Origin: a virus | Lineage: Duplodnaviria > Heunggongvirae > Uroviricota > Caudoviricetes | Virus record (IMG/VR): IMGVR_UViG_2695420411_000008 | Strand: one strand, 5' to 3' | Length of the DNA: 27,739 nucleotides | Shown: piece after piece, positions 8,799 to 17,098 of the stretch | How the letters are laid out: every line of letters begins with the position of its first letter | Position numbering within the stretch: the first letter of the stretch is position 1 | Made by a program: the position numbers and the translations under genes | The notes under the pieces: generated by a model | What the model was told of the DNA's origin: nothing | Databases searched by the model: none | What the model saw: only the letters and a program-made list of their open reading frames with translations

Positions 8799-9190
8799 TT
8801 AAATCTCTTCCGCTGGAAGCTGCCGACCGCGTTCGTGACATCCAGGAGCGCGCAATGGAAGCCGTCATAAACGGTGAGCGCCCCGACGCGCTCTATCGGA
8901 TGATTATGGAGTCCGGCGACGTGGCAGAGAGCCGCGCGAAGATGATCGCCCGCACCGAAATCGGCCGGGCCACGACAGCGCTCACCCAGGCGCGCGCTGA
9001 GTCGATTGGCTCTGAGGGCTACTGGTGGCGCATCGAAGGGGCCGGAACGCGCGATTCACATCGCTGGATGAAAGATAAGTTTGTGCGCTGGGATAACCCG
9101 CCGACGCTGGACGGTATGACCGGGCACGCCGGGTGCCTGCCGAACTGCAAATGCTGGCCGGAAGTGCAGGTGCCAAATCCCAGGAAATAA
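8789..9190 (+). CDS. Head morphogenesis protein (SPP1 gp7 / Mu F-like), C-terminal fragment
   Basis: QVQLIKSLP, ARTEIGRA, WDNPP, Cys-containing C-terminus characteristic of this family; frame is -1 relative to the N-terminal fragment. Confidence 0.7.
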   Translation: MQLIKSLPLEAADRVRDIQERAMEAVINGERPDALYRMIMESGDVAESRAKMIARTEIGRATTALTQARAESIGSEGYWWRIEGAGTRDSHRWMKDKFVRWDNPPTLDGMTGHAGCLPNCKCWPEVQVPNPRK

Positions 9191-9227
9191 AAAAGCCATC
9201 ACAAGGATGGCTGGGAGGGAGGCTTTC

Positions 9228-9425
9228 TCAATCTACATAAACCCTGAATTGAGCTGAATTACCCTCTACGGCATCAATGCGAGCGTTCACCCCGAGCGCT
9301 GCAAGTTGGTCTTTGATTTTGGTGTAACGCTCGCCCTCAACATAGTCATTGTTGAGGCCAGTGGTGCGTGACCACTCATCTGCCATGCGATCCATCTTCG
9401 CTAACAATTCTGCTTTAGTGCTCAT
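9228..9425 (-). CDS. Hypothetical 65-aa protein, antisense insertion inside the head module
   Basis: Minus-strand ATG at 9425 preceded by AAGGAG at 7-nt spacing; TTGACA -35-like hexamer further upstream (plus-strand 9485-9490); ORF track's upstream Met lacks an RBS. Confidence 0.55.
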   Translation of the reverse strand: MSTKAELLAKMDRMADEWSRTTGLNNDYVEGERYTKIKDQLAALGVNARIDAVEGNSAQFRVYVD

Positions 9426-9543
9426 TTCAAAACTCCTTTTGGTGGTGGGAATCAATGTTCATGTTTTCACTATCGAATTTAGAGTGTCAAGGCCGAAAAT
9501 TAGTGGTGAAGAGCTCGTGCTAAAGCATTAGATAAACCCCAGT

Positions 9544-9566
9544 GGCCGCTACTGCGCGGCCTTTTT
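9544..9566 (+). terminator. Intrinsic terminator-like hairpin just upstream of the DUF2213 gene
   Basis: GGCCGC / TACTGC / GCGGCC stem-loop followed by TTTTT. Confidence 0.5.
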
Positions 9567-9592
9567 ACTGCCCGCAATTCAGCAGGTAACCC

Positions 9593-10846
9593 ATGAAATA
9601 CTTCTTCATTACCCGCCTTGGCGAAACGCGCTACCAGCTGGCGGACGGCTCCCTGCTGTGCAAAGACGTCCCGATCGCCCGCACCGGCACGCAAACCTAT
9701 CTTCCCGAAGAAATCGGCCTTGAGCCTGGCGCAGATGGGCTGGTGGTCATCTATCGCACCGAGGACGAGGTTTTCTCTCCAGAGACTATGGCGAGCTTCG
9801 AGGGCATGGCGGTAACGCTGGATCACCCGGAAGACGGCGAAGGCAACATCGTTTTCGTTAACCCGGCGAACTTCGCGGAGCTGGCCCATGGCCATATCCA
9901 GAACGTCCGCCGCGGCACCGGCGATAAAACCGACCTGTTGATCGCTGATGTGCTGGTGAAGCGGCAGGAAGGCATCGATGCGGTCAACGCTGGTAAAAAC
10001 CAGGTCAGCTGTGGCTACGACGCCCAGTACGTGCAAATCGGCCCGGGCAAGGGCAAGCAAACAGAAATCACAGGAAACCATCTGGCCATCGTTGATAAGG
10101 GCCGGGCGGGCTCCCGCTGTGCAATCGGGGATTCGGCCCCATCAAAACCAAAGGAGAAGCCTGCAATGTCATGGCTGAAAAAACTGGCTCAGGCCATTAA
10201 GACGAAAGATGAGGACGCGCTGACGAAGCTCATCGATGAAGCGCCGGACATGCCATCTGACGGCATGGGTTCCATCCCCGGCGTAACCATCAACATGAAC
10301 GTGCCTTCACAGGCTACCGCGCTGCCAGCAGACCAGAAGACCACGGTCGATGAAGATACCGATCCGGAAAAGAAAACCGGTGATGAAGAGGCGCCCGCCT
10401 GGGCGCAGGCTCTGATTGCTCGACTCGATAAGCTGGAAGGCAAAACTGGCGATGCTGATCTGGACGACGAAACCAAAACCGGTGACGAAGACGCGAAAGA
10501 GGATGCGAAGGTAACCGGCGATGCGGCCTATAAGCGCAACATCATCGGCGACGCAGAGATCATCTGCCCGGGCTTCCAGCCTGCCGGCGACAAAGGCCTG
10601 AAGCGTCAGGTACTCAACCAGGCGCTGCGCACAGGCGACAGCCTGAAGGCGTTTGGCATTTCCGACTTCGCCAAAGCGCCGAAGGCCACTGTCGATGCGG
10701 TGTTTAAGGCTGCAGTCGAGATCAGTAAGGCAAAGAACCGCATCACCCCGCCTTCAGGCAAACCAACTGGCGACCGCGCCCGCGGCCCAATGTCCCCGGC
10801 TGAGTTGAACAAAATCAACGCCGAATTCTGGAAACGTAACAAATAA
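9593..10846 (+). CDS. Phage head protein, DUF2213 family (putative scaffold/head-processing protein)
   Basis: N-terminus MKYFFITRLGETRYQLADGSLLCKDVPIARTGTQTY typical of DUF2213; acidic central region with repeated KTGD(E/A) motifs. Confidence 0.7.
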   Translation: MKYFFITRLGETRYQLADGSLLCKDVPIARTGTQTYLPEEIGLEPGADGLVVIYRTEDEVFSPETMASFEGMAVTLDHPEDGEGNIVFVNPANFAELAHGHIQNVRRGTGDKTDLLIADVLVKRQEGIDAVNAGKNQVSCGYDAQYVQIGPGKGKQTEITGNHLAIVDKGRAGSRCAIGDSAPSKPKEKPAMSWLKKLAQAIKTKDEDALTKLIDEAPDMPSDGMGSIPGVTINMNVPSQATALPADQKTTVDEDTDPEKKTGDEEAPAWAQALIARLDKLEGKTGDADLDDETKTGDEDAKEDAKVTGDAAYKRNIIGDAEIICPGFQPAGDKGLKRQVLNQALRTGDSLKAFGISDFAKAPKATVDAVFKAAVEISKAKNRITPPSGKPTGDRARGPMSPAELNKINAEFWKRNK

Positions 10847-10857
10847 GGTAACCAACA

Positions 10858-11376
10858 ATGGCTGGTAAAGCTTATCTAACTCGCATGGGGCTGGGCTTCC
10901 CTGGTGCCGTAACTCGCCCGCAGGACCTCACCGCAGAGCCGGTGATTCTCGATGCCGCTAAGCCATTCCCTTCGTATGGTCTGGCTGGCAAAAACCTCAA
11001 CGGTAAATTTGTGCCGCTGGAAGCTGGTGATGATATCGACGATGTTGACGGTATCTTCATTCGCCCATACCCGACCACCAACCCGACCGACGCTCGCGCG
11101 CTGGGCATCACGAGCGGTTATACCGGCGATGCCCTCAAGCGCGGTTATATCGCCGTAGCGGTGCCAGCAGCACAGGCCGGTACCGCCAAGAAGGGCGACA
11201 AGGTTTATATCCGCGTTGCTGAGCCTACTGCCTCCAGTCCTCTTGGTTCAGTGGTGCTCAAGCCAGACGCTACCGCAGAAAACACCCCGGAGCTGACCAT
11301 CGCCAAAGTGATGGGGCCGGGGGACAGCAGCGCCACCACCACCCACGGCAACGTTGAAATCGCCTACAACATCTAA
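10858..11376 (+). CDS. Capsid accessory structural protein (possible decoration/cement protein)
   Basis: 172-aa ORF between the DUF2213 gene and the major capsid gene, as in this capsid module type. Confidence 0.55.
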   Translation: MAGKAYLTRMGLGFPGAVTRPQDLTAEPVILDAAKPFPSYGLAGKNLNGKFVPLEAGDDIDDVDGIFIRPYPTTNPTDARALGITSGYTGDALKRGYIAVAVPAAQAGTAKKGDKVYIRVAEPTASSPLGSVVLKPDATAENTPELTIAKVMGPGDSSATTTHGNVEIAYNI

Positions 11377-11387
11377 AGGAACGATGA

Positions 11388-12332
11388 ATGATTACCATTG
11401 ATAAGGCCACCGTAGACGCTGCTGGCGTATTCCTGGTCGGCGAACTTGAACGCCTCGACCAGACGCTCAACCTGCCGCTGGTTAGCTATAAGTGGTCGCG
11501 CGATATGCCTCTGCGTAGCGATGTTTCTATCGCCGACGAGCAGTCATCTTTCACCAACACCGATCTGGCAGCCGCTGGTGGTGTAAACCCGAACGGTAAA
11601 AACTGGATAGGCAAAAACTCCACCGCGCTTCCGCAGACCAATCTCTATATCGAGAAGACCGCACAGCCGCTTAGCCTGTGGGGTATGGAGCTGGGCTGGA
11701 CCTTGCCGGAACTGGCTTCAGCGCAGCAGGTTGGACGCCCAATCGACAGCCAAAAGTATGATGCCATGCAGCTGAAATGGAACATGGACATCGATGAGCA
11801 GGTTTATATCGGCGACAGCGACATGGGTATCACCGGCCTGTTGAACCTTTCCCAGGTAACGCCGATCAGCGCAGCCAAAGCGTGGGCCACCGCCAGCCCT
11901 GACGAAATCGTACAGGACTTTAACCTCATCCTCTCCCAGGCATGGGTGACTTCAGGTTACGCAATTTGCCCGAAAAAAGTCGGCCTGGCGCCGGAGTTAT
12001 TCGGCCTGCTGGCAAGCAAGAAGGTTTCTGATGCGGGCAATATCTCCGTGCTGGAGTACGTGAAAGTTAACTGTATCGCGTTCCAGGAAAACGGCGAACC
12101 GCTGGAAATCGTGTCCATGAAATGGGCATCCAAACGCGGCGCGGCTGGTGCACACCGCGTTGTAGCGTACACCCAGGATGAGAAATTCATTCGCTTCCCG
12201 CTGGTGCCGCTGCTGAATACCCCGCTGGAATACCGCGGCCTGTATCAGCTGACAACCTACTACGGCCGCCTGGGCCAGGTGGAAACCCCGTACGGCAACA
12301 CCATTGCCTACATGGACGTGCCTGCAGCTTAA
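11388..12332 (+). CDS. Major capsid protein (DUF2184-type)
   Basis: 314-aa ORF with AAGGA RBS, in the expected position after the DUF2213 and accessory genes. Confidence 0.8.
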   Translation: MITIDKATVDAAGVFLVGELERLDQTLNLPLVSYKWSRDMPLRSDVSIADEQSSFTNTDLAAAGGVNPNGKNWIGKNSTALPQTNLYIEKTAQPLSLWGMELGWTLPELASAQQVGRPIDSQKYDAMQLKWNMDIDEQVYIGDSDMGITGLLNLSQVTPISAAKAWATASPDEIVQDFNLILSQAWVTSGYAICPKKVGLAPELFGLLASKKVSDAGNISVLEYVKVNCIAFQENGEPLEIVSMKWASKRGAAGAHRVVAYTQDEKFIRFPLVPLLNTPLEYRGLYQLTTYYGRLGQVETPYGNTIAYMDVPAA

Positions 12333-12369
12333 CCCCTATGGCGGGGCAACCCGCCGTTCTGGAGAGAAC

Positions 12370-12735
12370 ATGAAATATCTCGTTAATACCGGGACCGTGC
12401 TGCGCTTTGCCGATGGTTCGCAGGTAGAACTTACCCCTGGCGTGCACAGCTTCGATAAGCGCGTTACCGAGCACTGGGCTTTTGGTGCGCATGCGCAGGC
12501 CATCAGTGAAGAAGATCTGAAGCAGAGCCAGGGAGGCGAAGACCTCTCGCTTAAGATCTCGGCGCTGGAATCCACCATCGCCGGCCTGCAGCAGCAGGTG
12601 ACGGATAAGGATGTCACTATCGCAGAGCAGTCAGACACCATCGCCGGCCTGCAGCAGCAGCTGGATGATCTGACTGAGAAGCTTGCATCACAGGAGGCTG
12701 GCAATGCCAAAAAACAGCCTTCTGCCAACAAGTGA
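12370..12735 (+). CDS. Hypothetical head-associated coiled-coil protein with an internal repeat
   Basis: GGAGA RBS; contains TIAGLQQQ twice, encoded by a perfect 24-bp direct repeat. Confidence 0.55.
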   Translation: MKYLVNTGTVLRFADGSQVELTPGVHSFDKRVTEHWAFGAHAQAISEEDLKQSQGGEDLSLKISALESTIAGLQQQVTDKDVTIAEQSDTIAGLQQQLDDLTEKLASQEAGNAKKQPSANK

Positions 12736-13111
12736 TCAATTCCGCACCGACTTTCCTGAGTTTGCCAACACCACCCGCTATCCAGACGCCGCGGTAAATT
12801 TTTACCTCTGCCAGGCTGACGCCATCCTCAATCAGGATGTGCACGGCGACCAGTTCGTTTACCTGGCGGAGCTGTTCACTGCGCATTACGTTGAGCTGCG
12901 TGGTCGCGCGCTGGCGGGCGCCTCTGGCGGCTTTGTCAGTAGCGGTGGCAGCGGCGTAGCGTCGTCGAAGTCTGTCGATAAGGTCAGCGTCAGCTATGAC
13001 AACTCGGGCACCATCAACCCTGACGCCGGATTCTGGAATAAAACCGGATACGGCCAGGAGTTCTTCTGGTGGTGGTTGATGTTCGGTGCTGGCGGGCGGC
13101 AACTGTTATGA
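12704..13111 (+). CDS. Head-tail connector/adaptor protein (DUF4054-like)
   Basis: GGAGG RBS, ATG at 12704 overlapping the previous gene's end; position after the capsid gene. Confidence 0.5.
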   Translation: MPKNSLLPTSDQFRTDFPEFANTTRYPDAAVNFYLCQADAILNQDVHGDQFVYLAELFTAHYVELRGRALAGASGGFVSSGGSGVASSKSVDKVSVSYDNSGTINPDAGFWNKTGYGQEFFWWWLMFGAGGRQLL

Positions 13112-13614
13112 GCGGCGTGAAGGTCAGGGCAGACAATGCCGCATCCGTGCTGGCCGGGCTGGACAGAGTGTCCCGCATGGATGTGCTGGTGGGCATCCCT
13201 GAATCCAACGCTGTGCGTGAGGATGGGGAAGATCTCAACAACGCTGAGATCGCCTATCTGCAATCCACCGGGGCGACGGTCCGGCTCGGTGGGCAGGAGG
13301 TGACCTTGCCGCCGCGCCCGTTCCTGGACATCGGTATTGAGGATTCGGCAAAGGTAACTGCTGAGCACCTCAAGGCGGCCGCAGGTCATGCGCTCGATGG
13401 CAATTTCTCTGGTGCTGAGCGCGAGCTTACCAGCGCAGGTCAGCTGGCATCGGATGCCGCGAAGCGCGTTATTACGGATGGTGATCGGCTGGCACCAATA
13501 TCCGATTTCACTATCCAGAAACGCAGAGAGCGCGGGTACGCAGGCATTAAGCCGCTGTATGACCATGGCTATCTGCTTCGCTCGATCACCTTCGTTGTGA
13601 GAGGTAAAAAATAA
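13108..13614 (+). CDS. Head-tail joining / virion morphogenesis protein
   Basis: ATG overlaps upstream stop (ATGA); position in connector module; family assignment uncertain. Confidence 0.45.
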   Translation: MSGVKVRADNAASVLAGLDRVSRMDVLVGIPESNAVREDGEDLNNAEIAYLQSTGATVRLGGQEVTLPPRPFLDIGIEDSAKVTAEHLKAAAGHALDGNFSGAERELTSAGQLASDAAKRVITDGDRLAPISDFTIQKRRERGYAGIKPLYDHGYLLRSITFVVRGKK

Positions 13615-14000
13615 TGCCTTTTCTCGATGTCACCGATGTGTTGTCGGATCCTGATTTTTGCGATTACACGCTGGTCTGCATCCGCAACCACCAGGCGAAG
13701 GATGCTGACGGCTTCGTGACCAATACGCCGGAGGATATTCCGTTTAACGGCGTGGTCACCGTCGACCGCTCGCTGGAAGCCCGGCGCATGGCGGCAGGGC
13801 AGGTTATTGGCGGCGCAATCCTGGTGGTTACCACCTTCCGCTTAACGCAGGGCCTGCCCGGTCAGGATGCTGACGTGGTGCTCTACAACGGGCGGCATTA
13901 CCGCGTAACGTTTGTGGATCCGTACACCTCATATGGTGCCGGGTTCGTTCAGGCCCACTGTGAGCTGGTGGAGTTTAACGGAGGTACGCCAGTTGAATGA
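13614..14000 (+). CDS. Phage structural protein (connector / tail completion region)
   Basis: ATG overlaps upstream stop; 128-aa ORF in the operon. Confidence 0.5.
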   Translation: MPFLDVTDVLSDPDFCDYTLVCIRNHQAKDADGFVTNTPEDIPFNGVVTVDRSLEARRMAAGQVIGGAILVVTTFRLTQGLPGQDADVVLYNGRHYRVTFVDPYTSYGAGFVQAHCELVEFNGGTPVE

Positions 14001-14535
14001 CACCACACATCCCGGATACCTGACGCCTACCAGCCAGCCGCCGCAGTACGACCAGGCGCTTGAGCGCGAGCTCAGCCGGTGGATTCGCGGTGTTTCTGGC
14101 CTGCCGGATGGCATGGCCATACCACGCTTTACTGACCCTCAGCCAGCGATCCCGGTGCTGGGCACCAACTGGTGCGGGTTTGGTATCACAGACTTCCAGG
14201 ACACAGCCAACCCGGCATCGGTCACCAGGGACGACGACACCGACTACCAGTGGCAATTCGAATCGCTGGTGGTGCTCTGCTGTTTCTACGGCCCTGCAGG
14301 CCAGGCTTACGCCAAAACGTTTCGTAACGGTCTGTTCGTGTCCCAGAACAACGCTGAGCTAAATCGCGTCGGCCTCACGCTCGGCGAGGTGGGCCGAATC
14401 ATCCCGGCGCCCGAGCTCGTTAACAACCAGTGGCAGCGTCGCTACGACCTGTCTGTGACGCTACGCCGCAAAACGGTACGCGAGTACGGCATCAAATCCA
14501 TCCTCTCTGCTCCAGTACAATTTTTCGGAGATTAA
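13993..14535 (+). CDS. Phage structural protein (tail completion / sheath-associated)
   Basis: Probable TTG start with GGAGG RBS 8 nt upstream; ORF-track start at 13912 would overlap the previous gene by ~90 nt. Confidence 0.45.
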   Translation: MNDTTHPGYLTPTSQPPQYDQALERELSRWIRGVSGLPDGMAIPRFTDPQPAIPVLGTNWCGFGITDFQDTANPASVTRDDDTDYQWQFESLVVLCCFYGPAGQAYAKTFRNGLFVSQNNAELNRVGLTLGEVGRIIPAPELVNNQWQRRYDLSVTLRRKTVREYGIKSILSAPVQFFGD

Positions 14536-14538
14536 ATC

Positions 14539-16029
14539 ATGCCTAACGGCTTATCTGTATCACGCGTCGTTCGCGTGCAGGTCGCGCTCGCCGTTCGCGC
14601 GGCGGCCGGGCGTAACTTCGGCGCGCTGCTGGTTCTCGGCACCGCCGACGTAATCACTGCCCCGGAAGTGATGCGCCTTTACCAGGATATCGAAAGTGTC
14701 GCCACCGACTTTGGCACTACCGCTGAAGAGTACAAGGCGGCAAACCTTTACTTCCAGCAGTCGCCGCAGCCCCGCGATCTTTATATCGGAAAACTGGAAC
14801 GCGCCTCCAGCCCGGCAACGGCCGGCAAGCTCACTGGTGCTGTACTGACCTCTGCAGAGCAGGCAATCGCAAACTTCACCGCGGTTGACGATGGCGCGAT
14901 TAAGATCTCGGTGGACGGCACTGTTAAAACCGTAACGGGTATCGACCTGTCAGCGGTGACCGATCTGGCCGGAGTAGCGACGGCCATCACTGCGAAACTT
15001 ACCGGCACCGCCGTTTCCTACGTGGCCGGCTCGAATCAGTTTGTGGTGACGTCTTCCACTACCGGGGCCACCTCAGCAATTGGTATTCCTGTTGCTGCCG
15101 GCACTGGCACTGACCTGGCGCCGCTGCTGGGCATTGACTCAGCGCATAACCCAACCGTGTCAAACGGCCAGGATGCTTCATCTTCAGTGCTGCCGTCGGT
15201 GAACACAGCGCTGAACTACTCAGCCGACTGGTACGGCCTGGTTATCGCCGATACTGCAATGACGGACCAGGACCATATCGATGTTTCTGCCCTGATCGGC
15301 TCTGCGAGCGATTCCCGGGTGTACGGTGTGACGACTGCGGCGGCCGAGGTCCTGGACTCAACCAGCACCACGGATATTGCCTACAGGCTGAAAGCCGCCG
15401 GTTATGGCCGCACGTTCTGCCAGTACAGCCAGGTGCCTTATGCCGCAGCCTCTGCCTTTGGTCGCGCGTTCACAGTAAATTTCCTGGGTAACAACACCAC
15501 CATTACCCTGAAATTCAAGCAGGAACCGGGCATTACTGCCGAGACGATCACCGCGCAGCAGGCCGATACGCTCAAGGCAAAAAACTGCAACGTATTTGTG
15601 CGCTACGCCAACGATACCGCCATCATCCAGGAAGGCGTGATGTCCAACGGCGATTTCTTCGACGAGCGCCACGGCCTCGACTGGCTGCAGAATTACGTCC
15701 AGAACAACCTCTGGAACCTGCTTTACACCTCAACCACCAAAATCCCGCAGACCGAAGCGGGCGTGACGCGCCTGGTGACCAATGTCGAACAGTCGATGGA
15801 CCAGTCTGTAAACAACGGTCTGGTGGCACCGGGAATCTGGAACGGCGGTGACGTCGGACAGCTGACATCAGGCGATATGCTGACCAAAGGCTATTACGTT
15901 TACGCGAACCCGCTCAACGCCCAGGCGCAGGCAGATCGTGAAGCGCGTAAGGCGCCGGTGATTCAGGTAGCAACCAAACTGGCGGGGGCTATCCACTTCG
16001 CTGATGTATTAATCGACGTGGTGCGCTAA
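14539..16029 (+). CDS. Tail sheath protein (DUF3383-type)
   Basis: 496-aa ORF followed by tube, chaperone and tape-measure genes; Thr/Ser/Ala-rich central insertion. Confidence 0.8.
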   Translation: MPNGLSVSRVVRVQVALAVRAAAGRNFGALLVLGTADVITAPEVMRLYQDIESVATDFGTTAEEYKAANLYFQQSPQPRDLYIGKLERASSPATAGKLTGAVLTSAEQAIANFTAVDDGAIKISVDGTVKTVTGIDLSAVTDLAGVATAITAKLTGTAVSYVAGSNQFVVTSSTTGATSAIGIPVAAGTGTDLAPLLGIDSAHNPTVSNGQDASSSVLPSVNTALNYSADWYGLVIADTAMTDQDHIDVSALIGSASDSRVYGVTTAAAEVLDSTSTTDIAYRLKAAGYGRTFCQYSQVPYAAASAFGRAFTVNFLGNNTTITLKFKQEPGITAETITAQQADTLKAKNCNVFVRYANDTAIIQEGVMSNGDFFDERHGLDWLQNYVQNNLWNLLYTSTTKIPQTEAGVTRLVTNVEQSMDQSVNNGLVAPGIWNGGDVGQLTSGDMLTKGYYVYANPLNAQAQADREARKAPVIQVATKLAGAIHFADVLIDVVR

Positions 16030-16040
16030 GGGGGCACTGA

Positions 16041-16481
16041 ATGAGCACTTATTCTTTTCTGGATATCACGGGGTCAATGACTGGCCCCACCGGGGTGATT
16101 GACCTCGGCGCCGGTTCTGCCAACTCCGAAGAGGGCATTACCATCGCCATGGTCGAAAACAAAAACACCATGACGATCGGCGCTGACGGCGAGGGCATGC
16201 ACTCCCTGCACGCCGGCAAGGCTGGAACGGTAACCGTTAACCTTCTGAAAACCTCGCCGGTGAACAAAAAGCTGTCTCTGGCCTACAACGCGCAAAGCCA
16301 GTCCTCAGCGCTGTGGGGTAATAACGTCTTTGTGTTCCGCAACACTGCATCTGGCGACATCATGACCGCGCGCGGCGGCGCCTTCCAGAAGCACCCCGAC
16401 TGGCAGAACGCCAAAGAGGGCGGGACGGTGGCCTGGGTGTTCGACTGCATCAAAATTGACCCGTTCCTGGGGGAGTATTAA
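16041..16481 (+). CDS. Tail tube protein
   Basis: 146-aa ORF between sheath and tail assembly chaperone. Confidence 0.7.
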   Translation: MSTYSFLDITGSMTGPTGVIDLGAGSANSEEGITIAMVENKNTMTIGADGEGMHSLHAGKAGTVTVNLLKTSPVNKKLSLAYNAQSQSSALWGNNVFVFRNTASGDIMTARGGAFQKHPDWQNAKEGGTVAWVFDCIKIDPFLGEY

Positions 16482-16484
16482 TTC

Positions 16485-16910
16485 ATGGAAATTACTATCA
16501 AGTATCAGCAGTACCGTATCGCTAAGTTAAGCGTTTTCGAACAGCTGAAGGTATCCCGCAAGCTGCTGCCGGTTCTGGCGGGTCTGGTTTCTGACTTCCG
16601 TAACATCCAGACGAAGCTGAATGCCAAAGACACCGAAGGCGCGATGGAAAGTATTCTTCCGAAGATCGCTGGCGCCGTTTCCGGCCTCAGTGATGATGAT
16701 GTGAATGCGATCCTTTTTCCCTGCCTGCAGGTGGTGGCGCGCAAACACTTGAGCGCCTGGGTGCCGGTGTGCCAGCAGGGCACCATGGCCTTTGACGATA
16801 TCGACCTGTTCGTGATGCTGCAGCTTGTGGCGCGGGTGGTCGCCGATTCGCTGGGAAATTTTTTGCAAGGACTTCCTACCAGCGAGACGAACACCCAGCC
16901 TGCGGAATAA
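16485..16910 (+). CDS. Tail assembly chaperone (G-like, short form)
   Basis: 141-aa ORF immediately upstream of the tape measure gene; slippery sequence near its 3' end. Confidence 0.7.
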   Translation: MEITIKYQQYRIAKLSVFEQLKVSRKLLPVLAGLVSDFRNIQTKLNAKDTEGAMESILPKIAGAVSGLSDDDVNAILFPCLQVVARKHLSAWVPVCQQGTMAFDDIDLFVMLQLVARVVADSLGNFLQGLPTSETNTQPAE

Positions 16911-17098
16911 CCTTTAACACCCTGCCGGGCGGTGAGGATTACATCCTTCGCCCGGCGCTCGCCTTCAACCTCGATCAGAAAGACCTCGACAGCGGTGCAG
17001 TGGACCTGTGCCGCATCGCGCTGCTTAACGATTACCTCGATATGCGTGACGATAACGACGCGCGCGTAGCCAAATGGAGAGCCCAGAACAATGGCTGA
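16485..17098 (+). CDS. Tail assembly chaperone, -1 frameshift fusion product (GT-like long form)
   Basis: GGGAAATTTTTTG at 16853-16865; the -1 frame is open from 16796 to TGA 17096-17098, has no start codon of its own and reads as plausible protein. Confidence 0.55.
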
